A stretch of DNA of 64,000 nucleotides, taken from positions 54,686,001 through 54,750,000 of the forward strand of contig OZ076409.1 in the NCBI GenBank assembly GCA_964187785.1, written 5' to 3'. The notes under the pieces are model-generated. The model was not told the origin of the DNA. It saw nothing but the letters and a program-made list of their open reading frames with translations, and made no database searches. The stretch comes from Amphiscolops sp. MND2022 (Eukaryota). Positions 24,568-37,924 of this stretch are shown piece by piece. A program made the position numbers and the translations under genes. The first letter of the stretch is position 1, and each line of letters begins with the position of its first letter.

Positions 24568-26780
24568 TGTTACGACTTGTACTTGGGTCGTTATTTAAGG
24601 TAGAGTTTATCTTCACAAATCACGTTGGTGTGTAGAAAGTTCTAGAATCACCTTCCACAGTGTTTTCGCTCTCCTGTCTTACGTTCTCTCCTGCTTTAGA
24701 TTTTAACAGTTTCAACTGTTCCTTTTGGGATTCTATCAACAATCCTTTGATTTCCAACGTTATTTCCTCTTTTAAAGTTGCTCTCAAGCTCTCCAGGAAG
24801 CTATTTTCAACTCTGGCTGACTTAGCACGGGAGGGACCCGCAAACATCACGTCTTCTTCACCTAGGACGAAATTTCCTCAAACGATTTGTCATTTCCTGT
24901 GAAATCAGGGCCAACTTCAGTTAATTCCCTGAGTTCACGTCGACATTTTGTCTAGATTTGAGCACAAAATTTCATTCTGACATTAGTCATCACTCACGGT
25001 CACATCATTCCATTCCGGCGTCTTTATTCCATTCCAAGCAGGAAGTAGATTTTTTTTCATCCTGTAAAACCGGAAATGTTTCCCTGTTTTACTGCTTTGG
25101 TTCGACGGAAATTTGGCGCGGAGATAACGCTGATGTGAACAACTAATACCAGATTTTCAATTTCAACTTGGAAAATGTAATGACTAATTTACAAAATGAT
25201 CGTTCGAATGATGCACGGGAAAAGGAAATACATCACGTTTATAAAGCGCTTAATTGTCCAATGCAATATAACAACCCAGAATATAATGTTTCTAAATATT
25301 AATTTACTTGGCAAATTATGGGTTAAAGATGCGACTACGTCGACTTGTCCCACATTGAACATTACAGTGGGGTAACCGGCAACGAAAATGCAGATTTTAC
25401 TCGTTGTGCGGCTCGGAAAGCAATGGACATGCATGAATGTATGGGCCAAAAATGCCTATTCGTTTCAACAATTCTAAACACCGGCATTTCGCATTAACAC
25501 GAACATCAACTTCAACATATATGTATAAGAACTGAAAGTGCCCGTTTAGACGCAACAGTTAACTTTAACACAATGCTACTATTTTACAAACAGAATACAA
25601 ATATTGAGATGTGATAGTTTGAAAAATGACATGACTATAGCGAATTACAATTCTACAGGTGGTGAGAAAATCCAACCTAACATTTAACAAATGACAATTA
25701 TCATTCGTTTTGGTGGTACAGCACCATAACTTGCAATTGTGAATAATTTAGCACTAGCATTCATTTAGGCCACGACGAGGTGACGACTTTCTGGCCCAAT
25801 AACATATAAAAGATTAGATTAGTAAAAGGACAAAAATACGCATTTTAAAATACCTCTTTATAACAGAATACATTTTTTACACTCCACATTAGTATACACT
25901 GTGACTTTTCTTTGTACCTTACTAAATTGTTTTGCTACTAAAAAACTTAGGTCTGCGGAATATTCCTGTTGATTGTCGACGTAGATGTGACGTAAATCTG
26001 AGTTACTTCTATTCAATCACTTTGTAATAAGTAGTGTGATTATAACAAGAGGATAAGATCTCTTTTTCTTCTTATATTTGCTTCTATAGTCGTGAATTTG
26101 GGCTAAAATTATCTAATGTTTCCTTGCTAAATAGCGGATCTTTTCAACTAAATATCATCCAAACACTTATTTCCATAAACGTGTGACGTAGTCTTGACAC
26201 GTTTATAGCTAACTTGGCAGGCTGCCTAGTTTGACGAGATGCTGACGAGTATTTTAGAATGTAGTTTGGCTAGCTTCCATAGTAATGACGTAGCGCTGAC
26301 GTCACAGTTATTATAATATTGGCTACCGCGGCCATCATTGTTTTATCAACGATATGTATTTGTGTATATTTCACGCTAATTGCTTTTGAATGTGCAATTA
26401 GGTTGCCTTTTCTTAGAAAGGCGTAATCCTTTTAATGTGCTTCGCAAAAGTAATTTCTGTTTAAGATCTGTATATGTTTTTAATCTGAAGGTAATAATGT
26501 TCGCAATTTCGTTTTATTAGTTTATGGTTCCGATCAGAAGATGAATGTTAATTTAGCTTTCAGGTTGAGAATGTCTTTATTTTTGGCGTGACTTAAACGT
26601 CCTGACGAAAATGTGTGAAATCATTTCAATCTGCTCAGTTTTGGTGTTCGTTGTCATTGTTAGATTTTAGTATAGTTTTTCTCACAAGTCACAGTTTACT
26701 TGTTAAAGGTTAAGTTTAATAGTTAAAATGCCAATTCAGGAATCTTGATGAGCATCCATGTCTTCTGGCGGACTGTGACA
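24568..26780 (-). mobile_element. Solo LTR (~2.2 kb) containing a gag-leader-like ORF fragment
   Basis: TGTTACGAC...TGTGACA termini. Homologous to 61648-63959 (shared ORF ENS.LESLRA.LKEEIT.EIK.LLIESQ and non-coding block 24981-25190 vs 62350-62570). Flanks CTTAG/TTCAG match 3 of 5, a possible aged TSD. Confidence 0.75.
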
Positions 26781-27329
26781 TTCAGTTTATTGTTTCAACC
26801 AAAGACTCCTAATAATAAAGAGGAAAGTTCTTTTCCAAATTCTGCATTGCGAACGCCGACAAGGCATTTCTGCGTTTTTAGGTCTGTGCCTTCCTCGGGT
26901 ACTAATTCTCCATAGCAAGGCACCAGAGCGAGTCGTTTTGAAAATACAGCTTCCAGCCGAGTTTTGCTCAACCACTCAACTGGAAATGCGTACAGTGGCT
27001 TGCTCTGGGTAGCTATTAAATCAGTTCAAGGTTTTAATGTTCATTATTTTCATAAACATCTACACTTCAGAGATTTTTATAAAAGCAGAGAAATCAATTT
27101 GTTTAATAGGTGAGTCGTTTTGATGTTCAACAATTCGTTTCGATTGACAGCTGAGATTGACAGCTATGCTGAACTTGACATAACTCACAGCACTAATACA
27201 AGGAATCAGAAAAGTGTCAAAAAAGCTTTTTTTCATCCAAAATATTGATCAACAATTTTGTTCATTTTTAAATTTCAGTTGTAATGATCAACATGATGAA
27301 AGAAAGTCGTGATTAAAGCTTTTCATAAA

Positions 27330-27600
27330 CTAAAGTCTTCCTGCGAAATAAAAATTGAGTAGAAAGTAGAGAAGGTTCCAAATACAAAATGTGAGAGGGA
27401 AAAACCACTTAGAAATACAGTCTGCATTGTCTGTTCGCCAGTAGGGCCGGGTGTCCCGTTTTTCCGGTTCCTTGTTTTCAGAGTTATTGGAAAAACTGTC
27501 TGTGGACTCCCCAAGCTTGCTGTTCGTGATAAGTCCACTCATGGAGTTGAATTCGCTTCCTTTTCTGCTTCCAAACACTGGAAGCCTTCGATGCACTTCG
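27330..27600 (-). CDS. Cys-loop ligand-gated anion channel subunit, last exon (end of M3-M4 loop, M4, stop)
   Basis: Acceptor ttttacag at 27601; phase 2 continues the previous exon; M4 ADCISKWFFPLTFCIWNLLYF; TAG ends at 27330. Confidence 0.9.
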
Positions 27601-28166
27601 CTGTAAAATGAAACATTCCTTAGTCGGTTACAGAAAAAATCACAAAATCAAACAATTGAATCATTTATAACAAGGTTTTTTCATTAAAAATAGAACTATA
27701 GTTTCAGCTATAACTATGATTGAAAACTTTTCATCCCGAAAACTTACTTATTCACTAACTATTTTGAAATTTAAATCAAAGATATGACATTTTATTCAAA
27801 GAGATATTTTGTAATAGAAACAATGAAATTTTTTGGCAGAAGTCTTTGTTTGAAGCAATCACTTGCAAAGACGATGAAGTTTAAATTGATAAATTTTTCA
27901 ATTGTCTACAATGGCCAAAAAGAACACGAGAAGACGTTTCAGACACCAGAAAATGTTTTTAAATAAATGGTGTCATTATAGTAGAACGACCATTCTAGTT
28001 CTCGTAGAAATATTTGTTCACGTCTACCTCCTCCTCCTTTATTCTACGTCCAACAGCCTCCTTGACGTTCCTAAATCAACTTCCTTGATTCTGCTCACAC
28101 AACCAATTTGATTCAAAGCTACAAAGAATTTCAAAATTCATCCCACTAAAAAGTTTTTAAACTCAC

Positions 28167-28451
28167 GTTTCTGCAAAAGGAACTTTGGAGGAACCATTGT
28201 TACTGAATGAAGGTATGTTCCCAGTGCTGTTTCCTTTTCCTCTGTAAATGTCGAATTCCTCCACAGCTAGTGGGTTGGTTTGACTACTCGGAAGTGATTG
28301 AGAATTTTTCACCAACTTCTTCACGTGAATTTCTTTATTAGGCGCCTTCTCATATGACACAACTGCGAACTCAATCAAACTCGCAAAAACGAAAAAGAAG
28401 TTGACAATGAGATACAAGTCGGCCATCTTCAAATCTGCAATCCCGGGAAAC
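28167..28451 (-). CDS. Cys-loop channel exon (M2-M3 loop, M3, intracellular loop)
   Basis: Acceptor tttttcag, donor gtgagt; FPGIADLKMADLYLIVNFFFVFASLIEFAVVSY; 285 nt, phase 2/2. Confidence 0.93.
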
Positions 28452-28892
28452 CTGAAAAAAACTGTTAAACTCATTTTGAGCTACTTTGAGTTTGGTTTTC
28501 CTCACGCAAAACTCAATCGGAGTCATGAGGAAGCTCCATCGACATTATGGATGACTTTCACATTCACGCACGTTCATTCCATTTTTTCAATGATAAAGTT
28601 CGTATTTCTCAGTGAAAAGACCATGTAGTAGAAGCCTATTGGCGATCGATTACCGACTAAAACGATGGCACTGAAGGCTCAAAAAGAACAAAGACTTGTG
28701 ACCTTACCTCAGAGTATTAAGAAACTTCAGCAAAGGACACTTTGAAATTCAAAAAACGCGGTTCCCTAAGAATAACATCAAAGATATCATAAGGGGAACC
28801 TTTTAGGAGCAGATTTTTTTCGATAAAAGTCGCACAGTGTCAAAAAACCAGCGAGGGACATTTATCTTAGTCTAGCTTTGTAAAAAAGTTTC

Positions 28893-28975
28893 ACACCAGC
28901 ACGGATTTCGAACCCTTGGACTCTTGCTCCTCAGCGTCAATCACCACGCTCAGACACCCGCGCTAGCCACTAGAA
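28893..28975 (-). repeat. tRNA-derived (SINE-head-like) sequence or pseudo-tRNA
   Basis: Minus strand has an A-box-like tagtggctagcgcgg and a B-box-like ggttcgaaatcc; no clean cloverleaf; adjoins an interspersed repeat (28690-28890). Confidence 0.45.
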
Positions 28976-31325
28976 TAAGAAAAAATTCAAAATACATTCA
29001 ACATTATTCTACAAAATTGAATGTGTTTTTAGCCATGAATTTTGATGTAGCAATATTTGCTGATTTTAATCAGCGATTTATCCAAAAATAACAACCTAAA
29101 AAGAACGGATAGCTAGCCGAATGTTTTTTTTTCGTTTCCAATGGAATCATTGGTTTAAATTGCTTAGATACCCTTATAAGGAAGCGATTCTTCTCATTTT
29201 GACGGGTAATGGTAGCAAACTTTTAGGTAAAGATGTTTTGAATTTTTATTGCTGATTATTTCACTGAGAAATTCATGAATTGTTCATAATTTATCCGCAC
29301 TATTCTACTTTTCAGCCGCTGTTAATTGAGACTACGAGAAAGTTTTGCATCTTGCATTATTGCACTCAGGCCAATTCTTCTTCATACAGTATAGAAAATT
29401 GAGATAATAATTTATGAAAATTCATATAAAATTCCTCTACACTTTCGAAAAACTTGGCAGCAATTCACTTCAAAATTTTGCAGAGCGTTCTGATCCCACC
29501 TAATTTTAGGAAAAATCTCAAAAAATTGGCTGAAAGTGCTCGATACCTTACCAAAATATTAACAGTAGAAAATGAAAAGAAATTAAATTCAAGGTGTTTC
29601 CTAAATTTCCAAGACATATCGTCAGAGTTACAGCGTGAAGATATCACGATCTTTCATGAAATTAATTGGATCAATGCGAATCCGTGTACGGCAATATATG
29701 GCTCTATGAATGGAAAAGTTGAGACTTGATTTGAATATACTGTAATGGCGCTGATCAAATGATTCTATCGGAGGATTGCATGGAAAGAAACTCAATGGAT
29801 GGGTTTTTTCTCACTTTGGATTTGCAGTTCCTGAGACTGGATCATTGTCAGCCATGGTTTGGATCAGACTATAGACTTTTTTAATATCTCCATATTTATC
29901 CGCCATTTTTGTTTTAAACTATGTTAAATTGCATAAGGTGTTTCACACGCGACTTTTGATTTTCCCCTACACGCGGAAAATTTTGTGGAAATGTAAAATT
30001 AGCATAGATTAGGAGCTAATTAAACACATTTATGTGAAACCAGTCATTAAAATAGATTTATACAGAAAATGTTTCATCAATAGTTAGGACGGAGCTTTAA
30101 CAGAATTCACTGGATAAAAAATTAGTTTCTTTTCAAAATCGGTAGAGAGCACGTTCTTTTTCATAGCCAAACTTCAACAAGTTTTTTTTTAAATTCTTTC
30201 ACGGAAAACCACAGTAAAAACCCATTAAATAGCTACACAATGTTTAAAACCTCCTCAAAAAGAATCCTAACGCAACTAGCGCCCTATAACTTCATCTCAT
30301 ACTTGAACTCAAAATTAAACATCTAATTGGCAATAACAAAATTATTGTCCAGACTTAAGTTTGGTGACAATGTTATAACATTTTCATCCATTTTTTGGCC
30401 CGAGGCAGTGAATTGACTCGTGTTTCATCTTTTTCGTGTATTTTTCATTAGTGCATCGGTATCGTGTACAAAAAGTTATCATGTACCGTACAGTGTATCG
30501 ACTGTAAAAATTTTTTCAAAATTAAATGAGTTCACTCAATTTTAACAATCTTTTCCAAATTCATTGCTAAATGACTGTTTCGTTTGTCAGCTTATCTCAG
30601 AATTTCATTTCCACTGATCCAAAATTGACCGGCATGGACAAGATCCCAGAACTATATTTCTGAACCTTTTGCTCCAGTTCTTTTCCCCGCCAAATCGTCA
30701 AGATTGTTATTTTCCGACCCCACATTTTATAAATGGGGGAGGAAAATCATGATCTGTGATTCGTTTTTTTTCCAAATTTTGCCAAATCTCCACAATCTCC
30801 ACTTTTTGATTACTTGACTTGATGAACATAATTCAAGTCTTCTCTTTCTCTCCCTAGTTAAGACTGCATGAACTTTTTACATGCTGCAGGCTTGCATGCA
30901 GGGTAATTTTTTTAATAAAACCTAGAAAATTCAGTATGCATCTGTTGGTAGATCTTGTAGAAATCCCGAATTACACTGCATTCTCCACTACTGCAAATAA
31001 ATTTGAAAATAATTCCTTCTTCTTTATGGATATGATCACGTTTTATTCACACATTAATTTTTCAACTACTCATCCAATTTAATCACCGCATCTCAAATAG
31101 TACGCTCAAGATGACGCTCGTTTGCTGTTTACATTGTGATTGAAGTTTAATTTGCATTGAAATGGCGGCAAAATTGTTAACGTCTCAGATACATTTAAAA
31201 ATAGAACTGATGTATAATATAACTCGCAGAACTTCACGGCTTGAAATTGCCGCCAAAACTTTGATGATTATTTGACGTAGCTTGATAAAATTGATGACAA
31301 CAGGGAAATAATAAACCATTGAAAT

Positions 31326-32868
31326 TGTGATAATCCTCCTCATCAGATTCTTCGTTAAAGATAAGTGTTGCATCTAATGTTGTATCATTCTGGTGTATAG
31401 GTTTAGCGGGATGCCTTAATTCTCTCTTATCCGAGGCTTTGAGGGGGATATCTTCGTTTTCAGAGTCTAAACTTTCATTATCAGATGCGTTAACTCTTAT
31501 AGACCTTTTACCCCCGGATCCAGATGGTTGCATGTTTCCAATTTTGTTTATCTCTGATCTAGGATTGGTTGTCATAGATGTGCTTTTACTGAGTAAAAGC
31601 ACATCTATGACAACCAATCCTAGATCAGAGATAAACGAAATTGGAAACATGCAACCATCGGGATCCGGGGGTAAAAGGATAAAAACTAGGCTAGTTTTTA
31701 TTTCCAACAGAATCGCATTTAGTTTGTTCTCCATTTCCTCTCGCATCTTAGTAATTCTATCGTTGTTTTTCTGTTCGAAAATCTCGGTCCAAGCTTGAAT
31801 TTCATTACTGACTTGGCTAGGTTCAACTAGTCCGGGTCTCAGATCAACCTCACCTAAACTTTCTTGACTTTGCGAATTAACATTAGTTTAAGTTTCATTA
31901 CCTTGGCTTGGAGTTTCAACAAGTATTCCACTTGTTTCTCTCTCCGGGGTCGGAGTCTCTAACCTTCTGGACCTTCGATTCCTTCTGTTTCCCGTTTTGC
32001 TCAAGAGGAAAATTGGATTGAAGTGCAAAAAGAATTCATTCGTCAAAATTGTGAAAACAATTCGGGTGAAACAAAGAGTTATCAAGGAAACTGCATTTAC
32101 AAAGTTTGTGTTTACTGTTTTGAAGCTACTGTCTCTGGTACCAGTTATATTTCAACTGACGTATACTGCACTTTTACAAATGAAACAATCATAAAGCACG
32201 ACACTCAATTTTAGGGTTGTCAGTGATTCGAAAATGCTATAAATCAACAAACGTCAGGGTGACGTAATTCTATTCAAAACTTACAAATAGTGATTGCACG
32301 ACTTCCAATAATCTAACTGTACGAAAGCAACGAGTCCCTGGAAAACTGTAGGTTGCCGCATATACGTCATCCAGTTTTCCGCATAGTGACGTATAATCAA
32401 CTCTTATTAAAAGCACCAAAAATACATGTTATAAGCACCAAACCGCAGTATGACGCATATACGTCACTCGGATTACCGTATGATGACGCATACTCATCAA
32501 CACTAAACTCACGTAGTAACGTGTCATTAACAATCTGTTCACAATATTAGTTCAGAAATAACATCAAACCATTCTAAATCCAAAGTTTGAGATTGCATGT
32601 GATCATTCGTGTCAACAAAAGATGAAAGCATCAATGTTTAGGCTCTTGTTAAACTGTAATCATTAAGCAAATAAGACTAAGAAATTTACATGACATTTCC
32701 AAATTACGAACTGAAAATTAAAGCAGCATAAAAACAAAAGGAGAGAAAGCTGGGATTGTTTAAAAGTTTCAGGTTATTGAGTTGTTTGTTCCTTCTCTTG
32801 AAGATGACAAACTGTTCTCGTTTAGGGTTGTTGCCCAACAGCTCCAGCACAACTGTGGGGTTGTGACA
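31326..32868 (-). mobile_element. Solo LTR (~1.5 kb) with gag-leader-like ORF
   Basis: TGTGATA...TGTGACA termini; flanks GAAAT/GAAGT (4/5 TSD). The minus-strand ORF (RRNRRSRRLETPTPERE...REEMENKLNAIL...EESDEEDYH) runs to the LTR end. Confidence 0.8.
31504..31678. repeat. Near-perfect palindrome, 87-bp arms with a 1-nt spacer
   Basis: Centre G at 31591; two mismatches between the arms. Confidence 0.97.
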
Positions 32869-35053
32869 GAAGTTTCCGTAAGAGATTTAGAAAATCATTG
32901 AAAAAGTTGCTGACAATATTAAAGAACATATAAAAAGTTCAAGCAAGTTCAACAAGGGCTCTCTCTCAAAATAAAAATGGGAATAAAATCTAAAGGGAAT
33001 AAGATCTTAAATTTCAGGACGGAAATAAGACCTAAAAGGAATAATTTCTAAAATCACTAAATTTCATATCTTATTCTTTTGATCCCATTCCCCCTCCCAA
33101 AATGGCTCTGGCTCAGTTGGTGAAGGCGAACAGGGTGGAAAATATCCCGGTGCTTAGCGGGCGTCTTGTTTCATTTCTTTCGCATTTTTATACACATTTC
33201 GAAAGCCAATGAAATAAATTGCTTCATTTTCTCGTGCAAATCGTGTATTTTGAATAAATCGTGTAAATCGGTAGTTCGTGTAACGAATGTTACCACTAAA
33301 TTCTTATATTCCGGTATATTTCCGGTACATGTACCGAGGTCAGTACTGGCCTTAAGTTTACTTTTTCAAATATTAGCACCATGCTACATGTTTGTTTTAC
33401 AGTTTCATAAAACGAAGATCGAATGCTTTTTCTCGAATTTTTACATCCACTCTTAAAATGAGAGTTCCAACAACACTCTGAAGTATAAAAACTGCTCATA
33501 AAATTTTGCATAGCTGCGAAAACGCACGGGTTCTCATGAAAGACTACTCAGTTGTGTATTTCGAAATTTTGCGTGTTTGAACCGAAGCAATAATTGCCAT
33601 TTATTCTTTCATTTTTATGCACTTGAAATCTTTAATTAACGTTTTGTTCCCATTCTTTAGGCTCAAAGAAATTCTTCCAAGGGTTACGTATGATAAATAA
33701 TGAAAGATGGTTTTTGCTCTCAAGGGACTTGAGAGTTTGCATTAACAAGTCATGAATCTTCTTTAATTCCTCCCTGCATTTGCATCCCAAGAGGGTTTAT
33801 ATTAAGGTAGTGATAAAGAAAGCTACTTATACTTATTACCCAAGTTTATGCATTTGGTGACTGAATTTCAAGAAATCGGTTACATTAACCGTCACAGAGA
33901 CTTGGTACACAAATAGATCACAGTGGCGTTAAATGAAAAACAGTGCAGGTGGAAACCACTTGTGAGACAAGAGCGTCGAGACTAGTAATTAAAGCTTTCA
34001 AAGGAGTGGCCATGGGCGCGAAGGCCATGGGTAATTTATCATGCTGCTTCCATGAATGTAATGCTAATTTTTTGAACAGAACAATTGTTCGTAGCGTCCA
34101 TCACCAGGGTTCGGAACTTTAAAAACCGCTCAGGCAAGTATTCAGAAGCTATTCATTTGTTGTCGTCATACATAGTGGTCTCTATGCAACAGGAAGCTGT
34201 CACTTAGGTTGGTTTTATAACAGGAGTTGGAGAAACATAACAATTGATACATTGATGCACGGGACAACCTCCCATCTACCAGTGAGTCAACTTTACCTTT
34301 CTTCGGCACGGTAGGAGTTCCTGTTTCTTAAGGATATCCTCCGATCTGTCTTGTTCTGTAATTGCTAACAGCAACGGGCACTTGCCTCTCGAAAACTACC
34401 GTACATATAGTTTTTAAAAACCAGGCCAAGAAAGGAACAAAGTTGACTTTCAGGGTCAATTGGTGTACCTCTATACTACAATAAAGCAGCAACTAGTTGA
34501 GTCTCTATATGTAACGAAGTCATTTCAGTTCCCGCAATGCGTACACGAATGTTTGACATTCAACCGCTTTCTCCTCATTTTACTTCATTTATGGCGGGGT
34601 TGATCAGCCACAATTATGCCCATTGGTGATCACACCTTTGTGTGTTCGAAAGTTTCAACATTTCTCAGCATGCACTACGAAAAGTTCATTTAGATACTCC
34701 CCGGGCTCATGCTTGACGTACCTGTCAAGCGACCAGTGGGAGTATTATTGACTCTTCTGCAATATAATTATGATGTCCTTGCGGTGTTCCATTGCTCTCG
34801 ACTCTGATGTTTTGGTAGTTTGGATCAGCCTGCGATGCCATTATTGGATAAAGCACGCAATGAGTTGTAGCGTGTATTGTAGAAGTTCTAAGAGATTTTA
34901 GCTGGTTTGCAAGGTTTCGTTTATACAATTACTCCGTAGAAGTATTTGGAAAAAGTTTAACAAGCCAACAAAGAGTCAACATTACTCACGTTTTGTTTCA
35001 CTGAGAGTATTTTGTTTGTTATAAATAGAATAAACAAATCAGGAACGTCTCAC

Positions 35054-36570
35054 TGTCGCGGGCGGCCGCCTGCGATGGAAACTGGTACTCTGTAAGTTAT
35101 GACTACCGGCAAGCCCTGCCCAGCACTGATCCGCTGAATTAGAAACTCAAAACTATAAAACTATTATGAAACTTTATTTTACTCTAGTTCATTTAATATT
35201 TCCTTCGTAACCAATTCGACTTTGTGTATGAATAAGTTATTATGTATAACCGAAATTCAACATGTAACAGTGCTTATTTAGTTGATTTGTTATTGTTTTG
35301 TTATGTTGAAGCATGTAAAGTTATTTGAATTAGTTGATAATTGGACACCAAGGCGTTCAGTTAAAGGAAACGAGTTCGAATATTTCCTCTTCTGTTTCAT
35401 TGGACGCTCAATCCGCTTACAATTTATACCAATCAGAGTGCGGTTTTCTAATAATATTTAACGCTCTACTATAATTCGACTCAATGGCGATGCGCCTCTG
35501 CCTTGTTTGTTTTAATGTACAAAATGCGGCATTTGGACACTGAGTCCAAATTTGAATAAAGACGGTTCTTGATACTCATTCATTTAACTAAAGGCGCTAC
35601 TTGAAATCTTGGAGACCTAAACGCGCAGTCTATAACTCCTCTGTCATGGTTGATGAATGGACCCTTAGGTTGTTAATCCACGTGTAAAATATGTGTTGCT
35701 ATACATGTAATATTGATTTCACATGTTAATATCATGTAAGCGTTTTCCATAATCATAAGTAACATGGCCCTCAAGGTCACGTAAACATTTTCGGCCGCTA
35801 CCCCTTTGATGACTATATTTAGGACAACACGTCACTAAGTTGTTATTTTTAGATGCTGTCATTCTAAAAATAAACTGATGACGTCCTAAAATTTGATTGT
35901 CATGGTGGGGCAATTATAAATATTAGGGACTCATTGTCCCAAGGACCAGCTATCTTATAACCTTAATTCACAACAGTTTATACTTTTGAAAGTACGCTGA
36001 AAACAATTCTATCAACTATATTGTTGGTGAAGTTTATTGGAGTAATTTGAATATTTTCTCCAGTACATCCACAAGAAGACAGAAGGCAAAAGCTGGAAAA
36101 TCTAGTGAGATGAGCATGATGTCCGATATGGATAATTTAGACCTTATGTTAGGAAACGGAGACTGAAATCCCATAGAAAGAGAATTAGACGATGCTATTG
36201 AACAATCTTCAGTCCAAGGGGGAATTGAGACTAATATGCGCCAAGGGGTTGATTATAGAGATTTCACCTGTGAAAATGATTCATTTAGACAAATTGATGT
36301 CAGACAGTTTTTCGGGACCTTTTCAAATGAATTTAAACTCAGATTGTCCCAAGAAATGGACTCAATGATGTCCATGATGCATAGCCAAATAAACAGAGCT
36401 ATTAGCACTGCCATTGCTGAAAGGGTCATTCCGGAGATTCAAAATATTGTTAGTTCGATGCCATCTTCAGGGAATAGGGACACTGAGGCAAGCATGTCCC
36501 CTAATAGTCAGGAGAATAAGAAAAGTACATCCGAGTTGAAAACAAAGATAACAAAGAAGGACTCACGGTC
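35054..36570 (+). mobile_element. Truncated LTR-like unit with gag-leader-like ORF, related to 10689-17388
   Basis: STRRQKAKAGKSSEMSMMSDMDNLDLMLG...LRLSQEMDSMMSMMHSQINRAISTAIAERVIPEIQ parallels STRKQKKARKSRGTEMLSDIKNLDIMLG...LRISSEIDEVMNSVTVQIQRALNDAISNQVLP. A possible TG start is at 35054. Confidence 0.6.
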
Positions 36571-37154
36571 AGGTTTCACGGTTTCATGGTCTCAAGGTCA
36601 TCCTTTTTTCCGTGAGGATCTGTAGAGATCGTGCTACTGCTATGTCAGGACAACTGCATATCTGCAAGGATCTTAACAGTTGTTCAAAGATTTTCTGTAC
36701 AGGGTTTTTTTGATGAGATTTTTTTCCGGATCTTCTTGGAAACAATGTATTGAGCTTTAGAGCTTTTTCAACAGGTATTTTAGTTGACCAAGGCTCAGTC
36801 CGTTGAAACTCTACATCACTCAAAATTCTTGCGCAGGAAAGTTTGTCCCCAACACGGTAATTTGATTGTCTGGGGAATTTTTGGTATTCGTGATACACTA
36901 ATTTATCCATTTCACTGGAACTTTCCGGAAGTGGTTATTCAACTTTGAGAGGGTCGTCTACCATTTTGACTTTGTTGTGGCGGATGTAATTAGACATGTG
37001 GCCAGCGTCTGTGATGGTAGAGGTATTCATAAAGTGCTGTTGCAGTATTTCGGGAACATGGTTTGGTGGATTAGCTCTAGTAATTGCTGGAAGTTTGGAA
37101 TACGTCATAGTATTTTATTGGCCATTTTCGTATGGTTAATTTTAGACAAATGCT

Positions 37155-37362
37155 GCAATATCTGTCAGGATCTGTACAGATTCACAAAAAAAAACTTTTT
37201 AAAACTTCAATTAGGAGATATGTTTATCTTGTAGAGCACTTTTTATTCGACTAATTTGAATTTCAAAACCGTATTAATGACTAGTTAAGACTAGTTAATT
37301 TACGACAAATCCTAGAATATCTGTCAGGATCTGTACAGATCTGTACAGATTCACAGGGAGTG
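37155..37362 (-). mobile_element. Possible CACTA/EnSpm-like terminus with subterminal repeats
   Basis: Minus strand begins CACTCCCTGTGAATCTGTACAGATCTGTACAGATCC; the GATCTGTACAGAT motif is repeated (37168, 37328, 37338). CACTCCCTG also occurs near 20799 (+) and 60740 (-). Confidence 0.4.
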
Positions 37363-37408
37363 TTCAATATGAACAGGGAGGCTTTATCGAAACTAACTCA
37401 CTTTTCAG

Positions 37409-37664
37409 TGCTTCAGATCATTTGAACTCAGAAAATATACTTTCCCTTTTAGTCGACGCTCACTTATAAAAAAAGAGCAGACTATAGTTGTAGCTTCTTG
37501 AAGACCCCACAGTTTTGATTGATAAAAGTTCGATATAAAATATCAAACTTTTATCAATCAAAACGGTGGGGTCTTCAAGAAGCTACAACTATAGTCTGCT
37601 CTTTTTTTAGTCTGCTCCGACTAAAAGGGAAAGTATATTTTTTGAGTTCAAATGATCTGAAGCA
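37409..37664. repeat. 256-bp intronic palindrome (foldback/MITE-like)
   Basis: Arms of ~125 bp around an AAA spacer at 37537-37539, with a few mismatches and one short non-matching patch. Confidence 0.93.
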
Positions 37665-37716
37665 ACTAATTCAAACTACATCATCAGAAAAAATTGAGAG
37701 ATCGTTTGGCACTAAC

Positions 37717-37924
37717 TTGTCAGCAGTGCCTGTGATCAGAGTCATCTGGGATAGAATGGTGGTGATGGAGAGTCCAGACCTGGCTGGCACTGCCCGTTTG
37801 TCCACCCAAAAACCGACCCATGAGAGGGCCACTAAGGACAGACTGGGCAGGTACATAGTCACCAAGTAATTCTCTACCTTGCGCGACAACTTCAACACCA
37901 CGCACAGGTTTTGCCACACGCCAC
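37717..37924 (-). CDS. Cys-loop channel exon (pre-M1, M1, M2 pore helix)
   Basis: Acceptor ttgatag, donor gttagt; YLVTMYLPSLSLVALSWVGFWV (M1) and PARSGLSITTILSQMT (M2 with the anion-type PAR motif); 208 nt, phase 1/2. Confidence 0.96.

Noticed and set aside
28893..28975. Functional tRNA gene
   Set aside because: Box spacing is long and the stems do not form a cloverleaf; kept only as a tRNA-derived repeat.
31439..31798. Plus-strand ORF nearly identical to part of the minus-strand ORF
   Set aside because: A consequence of the palindrome, not a second gene.
33860..34990. Possible decayed coding region (zinc-finger-like and PGDG motifs on the minus strand)
   Set aside because: Motifs are too weak and fragmented to assign.
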